Shown one piece after another: positions 38,501-52,000 of a stretch of 64,000 bases of DNA. A program made the position numbers and the translations under genes. Source of the DNA: Raillietiella orientalis (lineage: Eukaryota); assembly GCA_036172245.1 (NCBI GenBank), contig JAYWIR010000002.1:434001-498000 (forward strand), written 5' to 3'. The stretch's first letter is position 1. Every line of letters begins with the position of its first letter. Below the pieces are notes generated by a model. The model had not been told where the DNA came from and made no database searches. It was given only the letters and a program-made list of their open reading frames with translations.

Positions 38501-40535
38501 CACGTGATGTAATTCCCAGGATGATCTCGAAGGGAAATTGGGGGACAACACATGTTTTGTGCATGCGAGATGGGGGAGGCTAGAATTCTTAAATTCAAGG
38601 CAGCTGATTTATATGCAATCTAAGTTATGAAACGTTGTTGGTGTTCAGAAGAGAGAGAACCAAGGTGGAAACCAAGGTGACAAGAACCCTTTCACAAGAA
38701 CACTACATTTGGCTCGAAAGGGAGGATTTCATTGTGCTTTCTTAGGCTGCAGTGCAAACACTGAAATGCTTTGGCGTGCAGAGAATCTGATGGGAATTCC
38801 ACGTGCAAACTTGTTTGCAGAAGAAGAAGTGACATGGTTCGACTTCTTTTACTGTAACTGTGCTGTCAAGAGGTACAGATGACGTGGTCATGGCGATATG
38901 CAGTAACAGTTTCTTCTCACTTTATGTTTCGACGGACACGTCTGTAATACCGGTTGTGCTTGCGGAAAAATCCAGAGGAAGAAACGTTGAGATCAGACTT
39001 GATTATGAGCGCTTGGAGAACTTTCTCGGCATAGTAGGATGAAGATGTGGGGGAAAATGCAAACGGTTGAAACCTAAAACATCGATTCGTTCAAAGTAAA
39101 AAGCAGATGAAACAAACTTGAATTATTTTTGAGGGGGGCATTTGCAATCTTCTTCCTTGAAACATTTACTCTTACAACTGATGGATGAATTTCCAGGTCA
39201 TAATGCAATACTGCCATACCTCGACTTACGCCTGATCGATTAATGTCCGTCCGAGGTCCCCATAAGGATTTAATGAAAAGTTTAGAGTTTACAGCAGTAT
39301 CGACGTTGGCCGGAGTTAGCATGGACGTTAAGTCACGCATCACACGTCCCAAGAGGAATAAAGACTAGAAAGCTAAAACAAAGCGACTGCGCTGTCAGCA
39401 GCATAATCGTACACAGTATACGCCTAACTTACAGTGGGCAGTACATATATGTGACTGGAATCTATATGTATGTCCTCTTTATTGTTAGCATGCTATTACG
39501 TTTGTGTGTATCCTCTCTATTTCCTACGAAAAAAAAGCACATTGTACCGTACATTAGAAGAGTAGAGTCTCTACAGTACAACAGCGTACAGTGTTTACAT
39601 GTTATTAACTGCGAAATTTAGAGATGTACAGCATAGAGGCTCAGGTAAATGTTTATGTGTGCCATGACATCTTATGTTGAACAGTATACTGCACCTCACT
39701 CTATAATGATAGAGTTACTTCCAAATCGATTTGCGACCCCATTTACTACACGTAACCCGTACGGGGTATACAGTATTCTACAGAAATTTTAAATCCATCT
39801 TCCAAGAAAGGAGGTGACCGATAATGGACAACTGAACAAAAATCCAATCTTGAAGACAAAAAGAGACAAACATATCCTTTCAGATATGTTTCTGTCTCTT
39901 TGCCTATATATGCTTATCCAAAGAGAACTCCGGTCCTCATGATCTGGAGAGTAGAGTTAAGATACTATGTTCTTAAGATTTTGCCTGACATCATATGGGA
40001 AAGCCATGATGAAGGTAGCTATAATGAAGATCTGATTTAGGCTTAATGAAATCCATGAATAGAAGAAGCAACATGAGCAGGAGAGAAAATTAATGGAAAT
40101 ACGTGAAACTGAAATGAACATGGAATACATGTTATGATACCAGAAACAAACATATTTTCTTGTGTTCGTGACACATATTTGAAGAGATTGCTCAGTCGTT
40201 CAGTCTTAATTACTTTCAGATGACAATTTCCATGGGATTTCCTGAAAGTTCTCTAAAATTGAACAAGGTTTTTGCATCTGCCTCTAATTATGTCTTTGAT
40301 TGCTTAATAATAACAATAACAACGGCAATGAAATTATAACCACATGGAAAACAATAACATAATCACAATACACTATCAGCAAAAATTCTAAGAATCAATA
40401 TTCCTATCGTTTTGATAAAAACAACCTGAATGCAATGACAAGCACAGGAATAGAAACAATAATTGCTCTAAAAATTATCGGAATAATAAAAACAATAACA
40501 AAATAAGATGATTATCGTGACGACTAGCATAGTAC

Positions 40536-41191
40536 CACGATATCATGATGCTCAGGCATCCAAAAGTTTGATCATTAATAAGAACATTTGAAGACTTCAC
40601 AAGGGATGAACACAAATTAATGAAAACAATCTGCAGAAAGAAAAAAAAAGAGAAGGAGATCAGAGAAACAAAGAGAATTCTTCTTGATGATGGTTTACTG
40701 TCAAAAGAAAAGTTGGAGAAGTCACATTTTCCGTTCAAAGACTGAATGATGGTATAGAACAGTTGATGGCATGATGAATGATGACTAAATATTAAGCGTT
40801 GAACGTTTCAAAAGACTTATGGTTACGGGCTGCAGTGACTTGAGTACTTTCAATAGTTATGCATTTTTGAAACCATACATGGGAATCTGCAACTTTCACA
40901 AGAAAAATATTTGTGACACAAAAGTCCAGAAAGGCAGTGCCCGAATCCTCACATACCTCTTGAGTAGAAATTAGATTAAAAACCTCCAGGACATGTTCCG
41001 ATGGGACGAATTGAACGCAGACTTCGAGAATATCAGTTCCCACTCTTGAGAATTGTTTCCTTGTCCCCCAGATTGAGATTGTCTCCCGAATCCTCTCATT
41101 TTCCATCACGACTAAGACTGTATAAATTCTTGCATTTCGGTTGTGAGATTCCACAGTAAAATTCACATACCAGAAACTAGTGTTGACAGAG
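40536..41191 (-). CDS. Candidate internal exons of an unidentified gene divergent from PLCXD
   Basis: Exon 41191-40957 (tttctctag|; GAG|gtatgt) and exon 40630-40536 (ttttctttctgcag|) are phase-compatible and stop-free in AT-rich DNA. No family recognised. Confidence 0.3.
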
Positions 41192-42382
41192 CTAGAGAAA
41201 AGTGATAATATGTAAGCTGATACATACAGAGTTCAAGATAAATTTTCTGCTGAGTTTTCAATGAAAGTATTATGATTTATGATGGGATAAACAGATTCAC
41301 ATTATTAGATTGCTCGTGAAAATTTGCAGAATAGCATGCATTTTTACTCTCAGGAAGCAAATAGGTCATGTGCAGGAGGTATTCAATTGTAAATCACACT
41401 CGTTTCTACTCCTGGGTTTTGTTCTTTCAAGATTACATTGACTCTTGAATTAAATTACTGTTCGTTCATTTTGAAGCAACTCCTCTAGGTGCATTGTATT
41501 ATTTTGTTAATCAGTCTTTTGAGCTCCAATGTGATAGATAGATATACAAAAATGGTTTCATCTGTTGAATACTCCACGAATTTTTTTTTGAATTTCACCT
41601 AAGAGAATATGGTGCGAAAAAAAAAAAAAAAAGTCCTCTTCTTCAGCAATAATCTCGTTAAGGAAAAGTAAATATTATATGCCTACATCAATTAAATTAG
41701 TGCTCACAGGTGTGTGGTCTAAAATTTTATGTATGTCGAAAAACTCTCAGAAACATAAATAATTCGTACATTCATGAAGTCATTTAAGTTCCAAGTGAGA
41801 AGCATAATTTGGCAGACTGCTTCCATATTCTGTCACAAGTAGAGCACAAGAACTAAAGATGAAATTAGAATAAACATCAGAATTGTTGACCTACGAACCT
41901 GATTATATTCAAACGTATTCAAAATAGCAATTTTTTTTAAAAAAAAACCATACTAAAACTGGATGTCCATTGTTAAAATTTAAAATAAAAAAAATTATGA
42001 TGTACAAAAACAAAATGTCATAGGGATTTTGTTCTTCTCTTCCTACATGTTTGTAGTGTAAAATGCATTAAATGGGAATGAATCAATCACTACATTACCA
42101 CTTTGCATCGTTTGGTTTTTGAGTGCTTCTATAATACTTGACCATAAATTTATGAAAAGTATACAGTAGTTTACACTTCATGTAGTACAACAGTACAGTT
42201 ATATTTTCTTTATGCATTGATATATATTGTTATGTATTTGGAAAAATCATGCATGAAAAATATTAGAAACCATTCTTGTATTTTGGCACGAAATTATTAT
42301 TTTTCTTTTTTTTTAAAAGAAACTTGGTAATCAATATTGGGAATTAGTATTGAAGGAACACATCGTCGAAATCAAATGAGCA

Positions 42383-45300
42383 ATGAAATATCTAGAAAAG
42401 TTCCCCTCTTACAGTAAAAAGAAACATGAAGATTCATCAGAAGAAAATGAACTTTACAAATATAATACAATAAGAAAGAGATTACGACTGTTTCCGGAAG
42501 AATTCGAATGGTGGATGACAAATTTAGCGGATTGTTTAACAACAATTCCATTGTGCCAATTAGCGATACCAGGTATAGTAAGAAAACTTTTAAAGCAAAG
42601 TTTTAGAGAAAATCCATTCAAAAAAAAACTGAAGTAACTTTCATCCTATATATATTTGACATCGGTAATGCTGAAGATTAACCCAATCTTCTCATTTGTG
42701 ATGATGCCCGTGTGCCTTTTTTTAATCGATAGATTAATTCATTAGCATTCATCATGTACATTAACATTATCAACATAAATTCCAACTTTTGAGCATTATG
42801 AATGAAAGTAGAATTTTTAGTGACAAATTTTCAAAACTAAAGGAGTGGTATTGTTTTGTAGCAGATTCTATATCACTGTATACCCTCTGAGAATGTGAAA
42901 TTGTAACCTGAAAAATGTAATTGTTACACATATTTCTGCGTTTGTACATTACAAACAAGTATGTCATAATGATTTCATTTATGAATAAAGTTTATATGCG
43001 AAAATAGTTTGGATGGATTCCTTATTCAGATAGGACTCTTATACCCAAAGTTTCAAAGTTTTAGTATTGGATAGTTTTATAGCATTCATAAAGCTAATCC
43101 AAAAATTTATTCGTTTGCCATAATGTGCAACAAAGGTGTGTTTAGAAGTTTGGGGATGACTGGAGACTTGCTTGTTTCTAGAGTAAATTTTCAATTTGCA
43201 AATTAGCAAAACCTTCAGTCAATTTAGTGTACACTATTAATATTGTTTGAAGAGATGACACATATTACTTTAAAACATGTAAAAAAAAATATTAGTATGG
43301 ACACATATTTATTCCTATTTGAAATCAGTTCTTAAATATTTATCTATTTACCATTATTACAATTTAATAGTAAATGCATTTGTGGTTTATCAACATTCAG
43401 TTAAGTTTGTTGTTACCAGTTTTGTATTTTGCTCAGATTCCACGACCCTTTTAACATCTATGTCGTTTTGTTGTAGATTTGTAACAAAAATGTAATGGTA
43501 TCCTATTTCAAAGGTTAGGAAGATCAGAAATTGAGTCCACCAACACCTTCATTGTATTTGAAATTTCAAGGGCTTAGTTTTTGAATAAGAATAAACGATC
43601 TTCATTGTTCAGTTCTTTTTGTTTTGACTATTATTAAGTTGGAAGTTAACACTGCCTGAAGTCTTTGAATAGATGCTTAGCAGCTCATGATCGACTTAGC
43701 TAGTTTTAAATGAGTTTGGAATTTAAACTTGTTTTGCTGAAAAAAAGTCATGTTCACTGTTTCAAAAGTTTTCCAAGTTGGACTATCTTGATACCTGTTT
43801 TCATGCCTTATCATAAGTTGGCTCCAGCTTTTTTTGGTACCTACATGCAGTTGTTGTGTAATGCAAAAGTTATAGAATGCAAAATAAAGAATCCTTTTTG
43901 TAAATTGAAAAATTCATCATTGTTATCTGATGTGACATAGGCACTAGTGGCATGGCAAGCTTTGTAGGTTGATGCTTTGTTTGATGGACAAGTGGCCCAA
44001 TCAAAGTGTTTTTCTTGCCCTCTACCCCCTTCTTTTCGTTTTTCCTCGATTTTTGTTTTCTTAATTTATCGAATGAATGGATGCTGTATTGATGATCCAC
44101 TATGTTGGTGATTTACAGCTTGAACAGCCTTAATTTTTCTCCTACTTACCCAATAGCCTTTAAATTATTTTTCAATTTGTTCTTCAATGTCATGCCAAAA
44201 TTGTAAACCAAATTGCAAAATCACATTAAAATTTTGAATTTCATCATCCATTTGATGAGCAGCATTTAAGATTTATGTTCATTTTGTAATTTGGAACTTT
44301 TGGCCTGAAATGAGGTAGATGCTGTTTTGATCCATATGCCCTTTTAAATGAAATATGAATCCGCTTTTCAAAAAAAGGTACACAGTTTTAATGGATTTTT
44401 GCATTTGTCAGTGTGTTGTGTTATTGTTTATTAGATTTGTGTAAACTATTTTGCATATTGCAGATATTTTGCCAGAAGCATATCTGATGATTTTCCTGCT
44501 GTGTTGTAAACTTTGGTTTGAAGCCTAAAATTTTGTACAAGCATTTTTCCTGTCGTGAACTTTCATTTATGATTTCATGTTTATTTTTTTTACATATGTA
44601 TTCTTGTATCTCTTTTCAGTAAGATACATTCTTTGTTATATGATTGAGTTATTGAGTTTGGTTTTACATATTTGTACTATATATCACAGATTGTAATATT
44701 ATCACAATATTGTCACAGATGTGTGTCTTCTGAATTTATGTATAAATTTTCCAATTTAGCAAATTTTTTCTTTTGATGTTGTAAAGCAACAGGAAATCCG
44801 TCAGAGTGGTATAGTGGCTTTCAGTTTTATAATAGACAAACATTCAAGTTGTATGAAAAATTTTCCAATAAGAGCCCAGTAAGTAAATTCATTTATTAGT
44901 GTGACACATTGGGAAGTGGTGAAGGGCATTCTATGTATTTGTGTGTTTGTCTTATCTGGGATTTTCATTTCATATATCTTTCTGAGGCTCACATAATGCC
45001 CTGAGTTACTCTGTTAACACAGTTGGCCCTGTGTCTCCTGACTTACCAAACTGGATCATAAATTGTGGGAAATACTTCAGCAAGATTACAAAAAGTATTA
45101 TTTATCGGTGGTCAGTTACTCAGTCGATGGATGTGATTCAACAGCTATATGCTGGAATCAGGTACCAAATACATTTTTATGTGTATTTCCTGTTATCTCA
45201 TGTATGCCTGCTGTAGGACCAGCAACCTAGTAAATTAGTGCTTCTTGGTGTTACTGTCTTTGTTGTTTTATTCGTTTTTCTTTGCATCTTCTTTGTTGCA

Positions 45301-46013
45301 CTTTTTATCTACTATCTAGGTATTTTGATCTGAGAGTGGCCAGTAGAGATGGCCATAGCAGTTTCTACTTCGTGCATGGTCTGTATGGGGTAGAAGTGAG
45401 CAGGATTCTACAAGAGATGCACCAGTTCTTGCAGGAACACCCACATGAAGTTCTACTGCTCGATTTTCAGCACTTTTATGCTATGACTGAAAGCAATCAT
45501 GCTGACCTTCAGCAGTTATTGCTACACCAATTTCGTGGTATGCTGTGTCCATTCAGTTCAACTGCACAACTCACATTGCAAGCATTGAAAAAGAAAAATC
45601 AACAAATTCTCATTGTTTATCGCTGTCCAACAGCTAATATCCATTCATACTTTTGGCCTTTGGATTTATTCCCTAATCCTTATCCCAATACTAGTGACCC
45701 ACTTCAGATGACTAGTTTTCTCACTTTTCATTTAAAGAATCGGGATTACAAAAAATTCTTTATATCTCAACTCATTCTTACTCCAAATATATCTTATATA
45801 ATTGCTCATTTATCAAAGAATTTGGAGACCACCTGTGTGCATGGAGCAAACCAGATGGCGTATTCATGGGTGAGAGAAAATAGCAAGCAAGTTAACATTA
45901 TCTCTTTTGACTTCATTCATTATAACGATCATGGGATTACAAAAGCCATTTTGGAAATTAATAATGCTCTTGCACAAGAACTTGGCCAAGATAATGATGG
46001 TATATCCGCATAA
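42383..46013 (+). CDS. PLCXD: PI-PLC X domain-containing protein (PLCXD family), 352 aa, 3 coding exons
   Basis: Exons 42383-42572, 44987-45161 and 45320-46013 join in frame (190+175+694=1059 nt). Motifs WWMTNL..L..IPL..LAIPG|SHNA, WSVTQ..DV.QQL.AGIR|YFDLRV, YFVHGLYG, FL.EHP.EV.LLDFQHFY, FFISQ.ILTP and VNII..DF. Both catalytic His are present. AATAAA at 46205-46210. The exact start codon is less certain. Confidence 0.93.
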
Positions 46014-49000
46014 TTCACACCTACAGACCGAAATCCCCAATATTAATGCATTGATGAGACAAAACTGTGTGCTGTCAACTATTCATATTTTGTGTGCTTT
46101 CCATGTATTTTGTTTTGAACGTGGAACATTTCTTATACATGAAAGTGAAATATTTAAATATTTTAAACTGTTTGAGATTTTGAGAAAATAATTCTTTCTA
46201 AGGAAATAAATGTCTTGTTAACAGAAAACGCATTATTTACTTCGACTGTTCAATTTTGACACCAAGACTGTGCTTGTGTTTATTTAATTTTTTTTTAAAA
46301 TGAAATGTTAATGTTAGGTCAGAACGTTGTTTTTTTTCATGTGCCTCTGTGGAGCACTGTATTTTTCTCTCCTTCTCTCCTAAACAAAATGCTTTGATTC
46401 ATAAATAAGGCATAAAGTCCTTGGATATGGGTAAAATTTAATTTCTTGACCCTTTCCTATGCAATTCTGTGTTGATACTTTGAAACAGTTGTCACCATTT
46501 TTAGAATCTTTCAGATCATTATTTTTGAGAAATGAGTGGTAGCTATATTTTTCAGATGAAAAATATGGCTACTACTGAAATTAATTGTAGGTGCCATTTT
46601 AAATTCAATCTTGTATATTATAAAATTTGTATATTATCCTTTAGGCGAAGAATACATAAATCAAGGCAGGACTGCTCGCTTTTGGAATTCGCTTTTTTGT
46701 GATGAGCATGTGATGTTTTAAATAACACTGATCATTAATAATTTCTGATTCTTTCACTGTGTAATCTTCAAAAGTCAATGCTCTTGAGCCATAGATCATA
46801 GTTGTTATACAAAAGTGTGCTACTGCGCAAGTAGTCATTATCATTTAATGGAAGCCTGTTTGCATCAGCACCAAACGGCAGCATGTGCCTGATTGACCGA
46901 GGGATTATCTCTGCTGTAAACTGAAGGTGCAGAATTTGCATTTCCAGATTCTGTAATGGGCTATTACTAAGGAAAGGCTCTCGCGACGGGCTTATTTCCG
47001 CGTGGAATGAATTCATCACCGCATATGAAGTGACAGAACTTTTTATTGGCTTTTCAAAAGCACTTCATTTGCTTTACGAGTGTCGTAAATATTTTGCGTA
47101 GTTCAAGACGTTCGGAAAGCTTAGCCATTGTGTGTTTCGAGATTCCGGTATCAGCTATGCTTCCATAATTTCTGGAACCTCAGTACTCTTCATAACGTAA
47201 GACATCATGATGTCTGGTTGTGTACGCTTTTGCGTTATTTGTAATACTTGAGAGCGATGGGGGCAGAACAAAGAGAGAAGCTCCAGAGGATTTATTTGCT
47301 GCATTTATTTATTTTTTTCTTTTAAATAGTTGTTGTTGTTGTGTTTGGTTTGTTTGTTTGTTGCAGTAAATGGCATCGAAAGAATCTCTCCCGATAATCT
47401 GGAAGTGTTTTCCCTCTCCCTTCCGGAGCGCAGGAGCAATCCTGGGTAGGGGGATGCCCAGGATGCCCGGGTATCGGAAAACAAAGCCAGGGAGCTACGC
47501 ATTTTCTCTCGAATAAGAAGATCGAACGTGGCTAACTGTGGTTAACTTTACTGTTAACTGTAGTCCCCAAAAGTACACGAAGAGTTTCCAAAGTTCCACC
47601 CTGGTTTCTCAGGATAGAATCACGATGAATTCGGAGAACTGGATGCGGGGAAAGCTTCTTTTGTTTCCCATCACGAAAGCGAAATTTTAGCGGTGCAAAC
47701 TTCACTAATGCATCCAACTGTCAGTGGACCATTTCAGCCATGTGAACTGATGAAAAGCAAGTTCTTTGAGAGTCAGCAGTAATTGAATTATCCGTTTGGG
47801 CGCGAGGCGCGACGGGGTACTTTGGAGGCACGGTCTGGCTCCCAATATCGCTTGCCGTGAAGTTTCACCAGCACTTGAATTTAAATTCTTCCAATTTACG
47901 CTGTCAGTAGGAATAGGATTCCGTTGGCCTCAGAGTTTCCATTGCTAGGGGACAAGTTGCTGGCGAGCGCGTAAAGAGTAGGTAACCTTGGTTCCCATCT
48001 CTTTAGCCCTAGCATCCGCCGCACTCGGAATTTGCAGGGATGCTGCTTGCACGCCGGTTTCACCTCAGCCAAAGAAGTTCTGCCAGAACCGCCAAACAGT
48101 TACGGTTTTGCATTCGAATTCACGTTGCTGCACTAATTTTTTGTTTTTTGTTTTGGCTATTATATCTGCACATCCGTTTAAGAAATAGACGCGAACAATC
48201 TGTCTCAGAAGGCGGAGGAAGAAAACGTTTGAATCGTAAATGGTATTCATCATGTCGTCCTGCCCCCAGTGTGCATTGGTCCCTCTTTCTTTGCAGACCC
48301 TAGTAAGTTTCATCAAAAGCATTACCTATACTTGTTATTTGATACATACCTTCTTTGGGAATGCTCTTATGGCGATGATAGCAAGGTGACCCTTGCACAC
48401 AAGCTTTGTTTTTGTTTGAGCGGGCATCTTTTATTTAATTTTATCGATTCTTACTTTCGAATAGCCACAGCCAAAAGCAAGCAACGTGGCAGTCCATTTT
48501 TAACAGGTACTTGAGCCAGGTGCCTGACACGTTTTATTACAAGCTGCGTTCACCAAAATGTTTTATTGGGCCTTGTGCTGCAAACGTGAGAACTCTTACA
48601 TCGTTCTCCCGGTTTTCCTTTGGGGTCTCATGTTTCTGAATCTGTCTTTGGAGCATCTTGTGGTCCAAGTTTGAAACCAGGGCCGCCGCTAATGAGCATG
48701 CATTCGGGAGTTAAAAAGTATGCATTCGTATCCAGAGGGGAAAAGCTTGGCTAGCAAAGATGCTAGTCTCTCTCGCCATTTCAATTTCGAAGACTGGAGG
48801 AGCAACAGGTGAACAGGTTGTGTACGTTCTCGATGTGACCCGAAAGTAGCAAGAGATCAATTTTATTGCCGTAAAACGAGCTGTTGCTAGGCGTAGTAAA
48901 CAGCAGATGCTCTTTTATGTTCTCCAAATGACAACTGGGAGATCAGAAGGCTGTGCTTCAAGTTGCATGGGAGTATATACTCATTGCCCATCTTTGTTTG

Positions 49001-52000
49001 CTGCTACTTGATTTCCCGATAACACGATCAGAAATCTAGAAATCACTTCATAACTTTATTTGTTACCTTCATAACAGCGGCGTTATTCATGTAAGGACAC
49101 TGTAAGCTTTCTCGAGTTTTTTCTTTCTTTTTTTCCTTTCAAGAACTTTTGGCACATCATGAAGATTCAGCTCAGAGTTTCCCCAAGCAGCAACGGAGTG
49201 CATTTCTGATCCTCCGTGCCAACTCGAAAAGTGTTATAATGTGCTAGTGAAGATTGCTTTTATGGGTCTCATGCAAGAAGATCAAACAGGTAAATGAAGG
49301 GCATCGATGAATAATAGAGAGCACTTCGCTAAATATTTGAAGCAGCTAGACTGGACTAGAATCTGCGAATGAGAAGGTTGGAGGATTGCCGATGGCTGGA
49401 TTCTGTGACGTCGAAAGCACGCTTAACTGTATGGGTGCTTCACTATTTGCATTTCGCTTGATCATTTCAGATAACATGGGGGGGGGAAAGGAAGCACCCA
49501 CTAGTGAAAATCCAAAGATGATACTGGTTTTCAGCTTTATTCAGTCATCGGAGGCGATTTGGAAAAAGAAAGAAAAAAAAAAGGAAAGTTTCCTGTGTTC
49601 TAAATAAATAGTAACGAGGAGAACATGGGGAAATAAAGGGCTTGCAATAGAGTGCGACTGTGGCGATTCCCAATAACCGGGAAAAAAGAAATCCACTAGC
49701 AGGCACAAAATCATGGGAGCTTTAACCATGTTACTCACCGAAGGATCCATCCCAGTTTCGATACTTCGTGCCCTTCGATCAACCCTGAGGGGTTTGGTCA
49801 TGAATCCGAATTGGAGTCAGATGGACGCAGATCCAGAGATCATCTTTCAGAGCTGCAGGTTTCACGAGGTTTCGATGTCATTCGGGAAACAGGGAGAATA
49901 CAGCACGGAAAATAAGACGCTTGCAGCTGGAAGGCAGGCCATGTGACAAGTTTGACAAGCTGATCACTAGCGATTAGGTATTTGGGAGTCTTCTTCACGA
50001 ACGTTTCGCCCTCCGATCATTTTTTCAAACGACCAACTGTTGAGAGAGGAAGAAACGAACATTATCACAAGCATGTTTAGGCAAGTTAAGGAAACAGTGC
50101 TAATTGCCGGGAGGATGGCCTCAGTTGCGACTTCCGGAATCAGATTTCGATTCGAAGAGTGGTTGCAAGAGAATCGCTTCTCCAAGGCATTCCAATCAGC
50201 AAACTTCTCAGAAAAGGGAGCACGGGTCCTCAGCACAGAAGAGCGAAAGACGGGGAGAGCACGGCTTGAGAATCAGTGATCTGAAGCGGACCTGGTGATA
50301 CGGGTGGCGAGAAATCGGATCTTCGGGAGAAAACGAATCCAGATGTTCGTGGCACTTCCAGAGGAAGGGAGGAAGGCTTCGCGCAGTGGTTCAGCTGGAA
50401 GATTTGATCGGGAAAGATAAAACGGACCTCGGCGCGCGCTCTCGTGCCACTCCTTCGAGTTCGCCACGTGTTCCTCACGAAACCGCTGCGCATTCCGTAA
50501 AACATCGGAAAACACGGAATTTCCAGTTTCGCGTTAAGAATTCTCGCTGCATTTGATTTTCGCCACCCTGATCTTGCATTGCAAGTATAAGTTTGGAGAG
50601 TAATTCTGAGATTTTGGCTTCAGATTCATTTTTAAAAAAAAAAAAGTTTTTTTTTCGGCAGTCACGGTGTGTACGCGAATCTCCAACTGATCCGGCGAGC
50701 GATGCTTTTCATCTCTCCGTAGCTGCCCATGTGCACCATTACTCTCTACGGATTAGACTGCTTCCTGTAGGCAGAGGCGGAAAGTTCACACTGATCCCGT
50801 TTTTACCCACGTGCGTTTGGCTCAAGCATCTTTCTGTTAGGGAGGCACTGAATCTTTCTCTCCCGTGGGACCTGAAAGGGTTATGGGTGTTTTGTTTCCC
50901 CCACATCGGATGCGGGTGTTCGTCGAATTTCGATGACTGATGGCCTTAAATAAAAGCAATGGGGCAGTTTTTGTCTTGGCGAGGTCGGAACTTGAAGACG
51001 CAGGGTCGAATTTTCAATGCAAGTACACACGAGCTTCAAGAACCACATAAAGGTAGTAACGAATCATTTTCTCTCTAAGACAGAAGAAAGTAGGTGCTCC
51101 GAGAAAGCAACGACTTGGTGAGTCTTGCTCGGTCCTTGAGAATGCCTCACTGCATCCCACGAGCTTCCAGTGTTACATTGCCTCAAGTTAAGTCACTCGT
51201 CAGTCCTTTCGTCCGTAACTATCAACTCTAATTACCGTAATTTTGCACTTTCCATTTGGGCATTTTTCTTTCTTTCTAGATGCCCCCTCTGTTGAATTCT
51301 TTGAGGAAAACTTCCAAACTTATCATCTTTTGTTTCTCACTCCTGAGGATTCTCCGTGTGAGGATAGCATCAGTTTCGTGGGGCAGTCTTCAGGTGTTTG
51401 ATCGGGAGTGCACCGATCATGGACGCAAGTCTCCAAACGCTCTTCAGGCGAACATCCCTCGAACACTGAAGTTTGTTCGTCTGCACAGTTCAGTGGGCAC
51501 TCGGCGGAGGTACACATTTGTCATAGGAAATCTTCGTTCTTATCTTTATGACCTTCGTGCTCTCGATGGTTGCGATTCGCTGCTTCCCCATTCTCGTGTA
51601 TCGCTCACAATGAAATGACTCAAGGCGGAGGCGATGTACAAATCCACAATGCATCGCGCTTGCTCTAGAAGCACGAAAGTCCCAACAGGAAACGATGAGC
51701 GTGAAAAATGACATGGCGTGTTGATAGCGTAAGTTTGGCGCCGTGGCGCGTTGAAGCGCTGCGGGCGCGCTGCCTTGCCGCCACGCCTCCAACGCCTTCA
51801 TGCTTTCGTGGGTACGATCTTTGCATTCTCCCACTGGGCGGCCGAACTACCTAAAGGGGTGAGCTGGAGTGTCTACGATGAGGGAGGAGAGGAGATTCCC
51901 GATGAGAAAACTCCCGTGATCGGTTTTCTTTCGTAGAAAGGTGCTCGCGCGAAGGAAGAAATTTTCTTTCTGTGACTGTCGATATAATAATCGACAAGCC

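Noticed and set aside
39414-39773. Possible Tigger-like MITE (cagtatacgcc ... ggggtatacag)
   Set aside because: The terminal match is too short and degenerate to support a call.
51080-51392. Plus-strand donor/acceptor pair giving QKKVGAPRKQRL|DAPSVEFFEENFQTYHLLF
   Set aside because: The splice sites look good, but there is no extendable model or recognisable homology.
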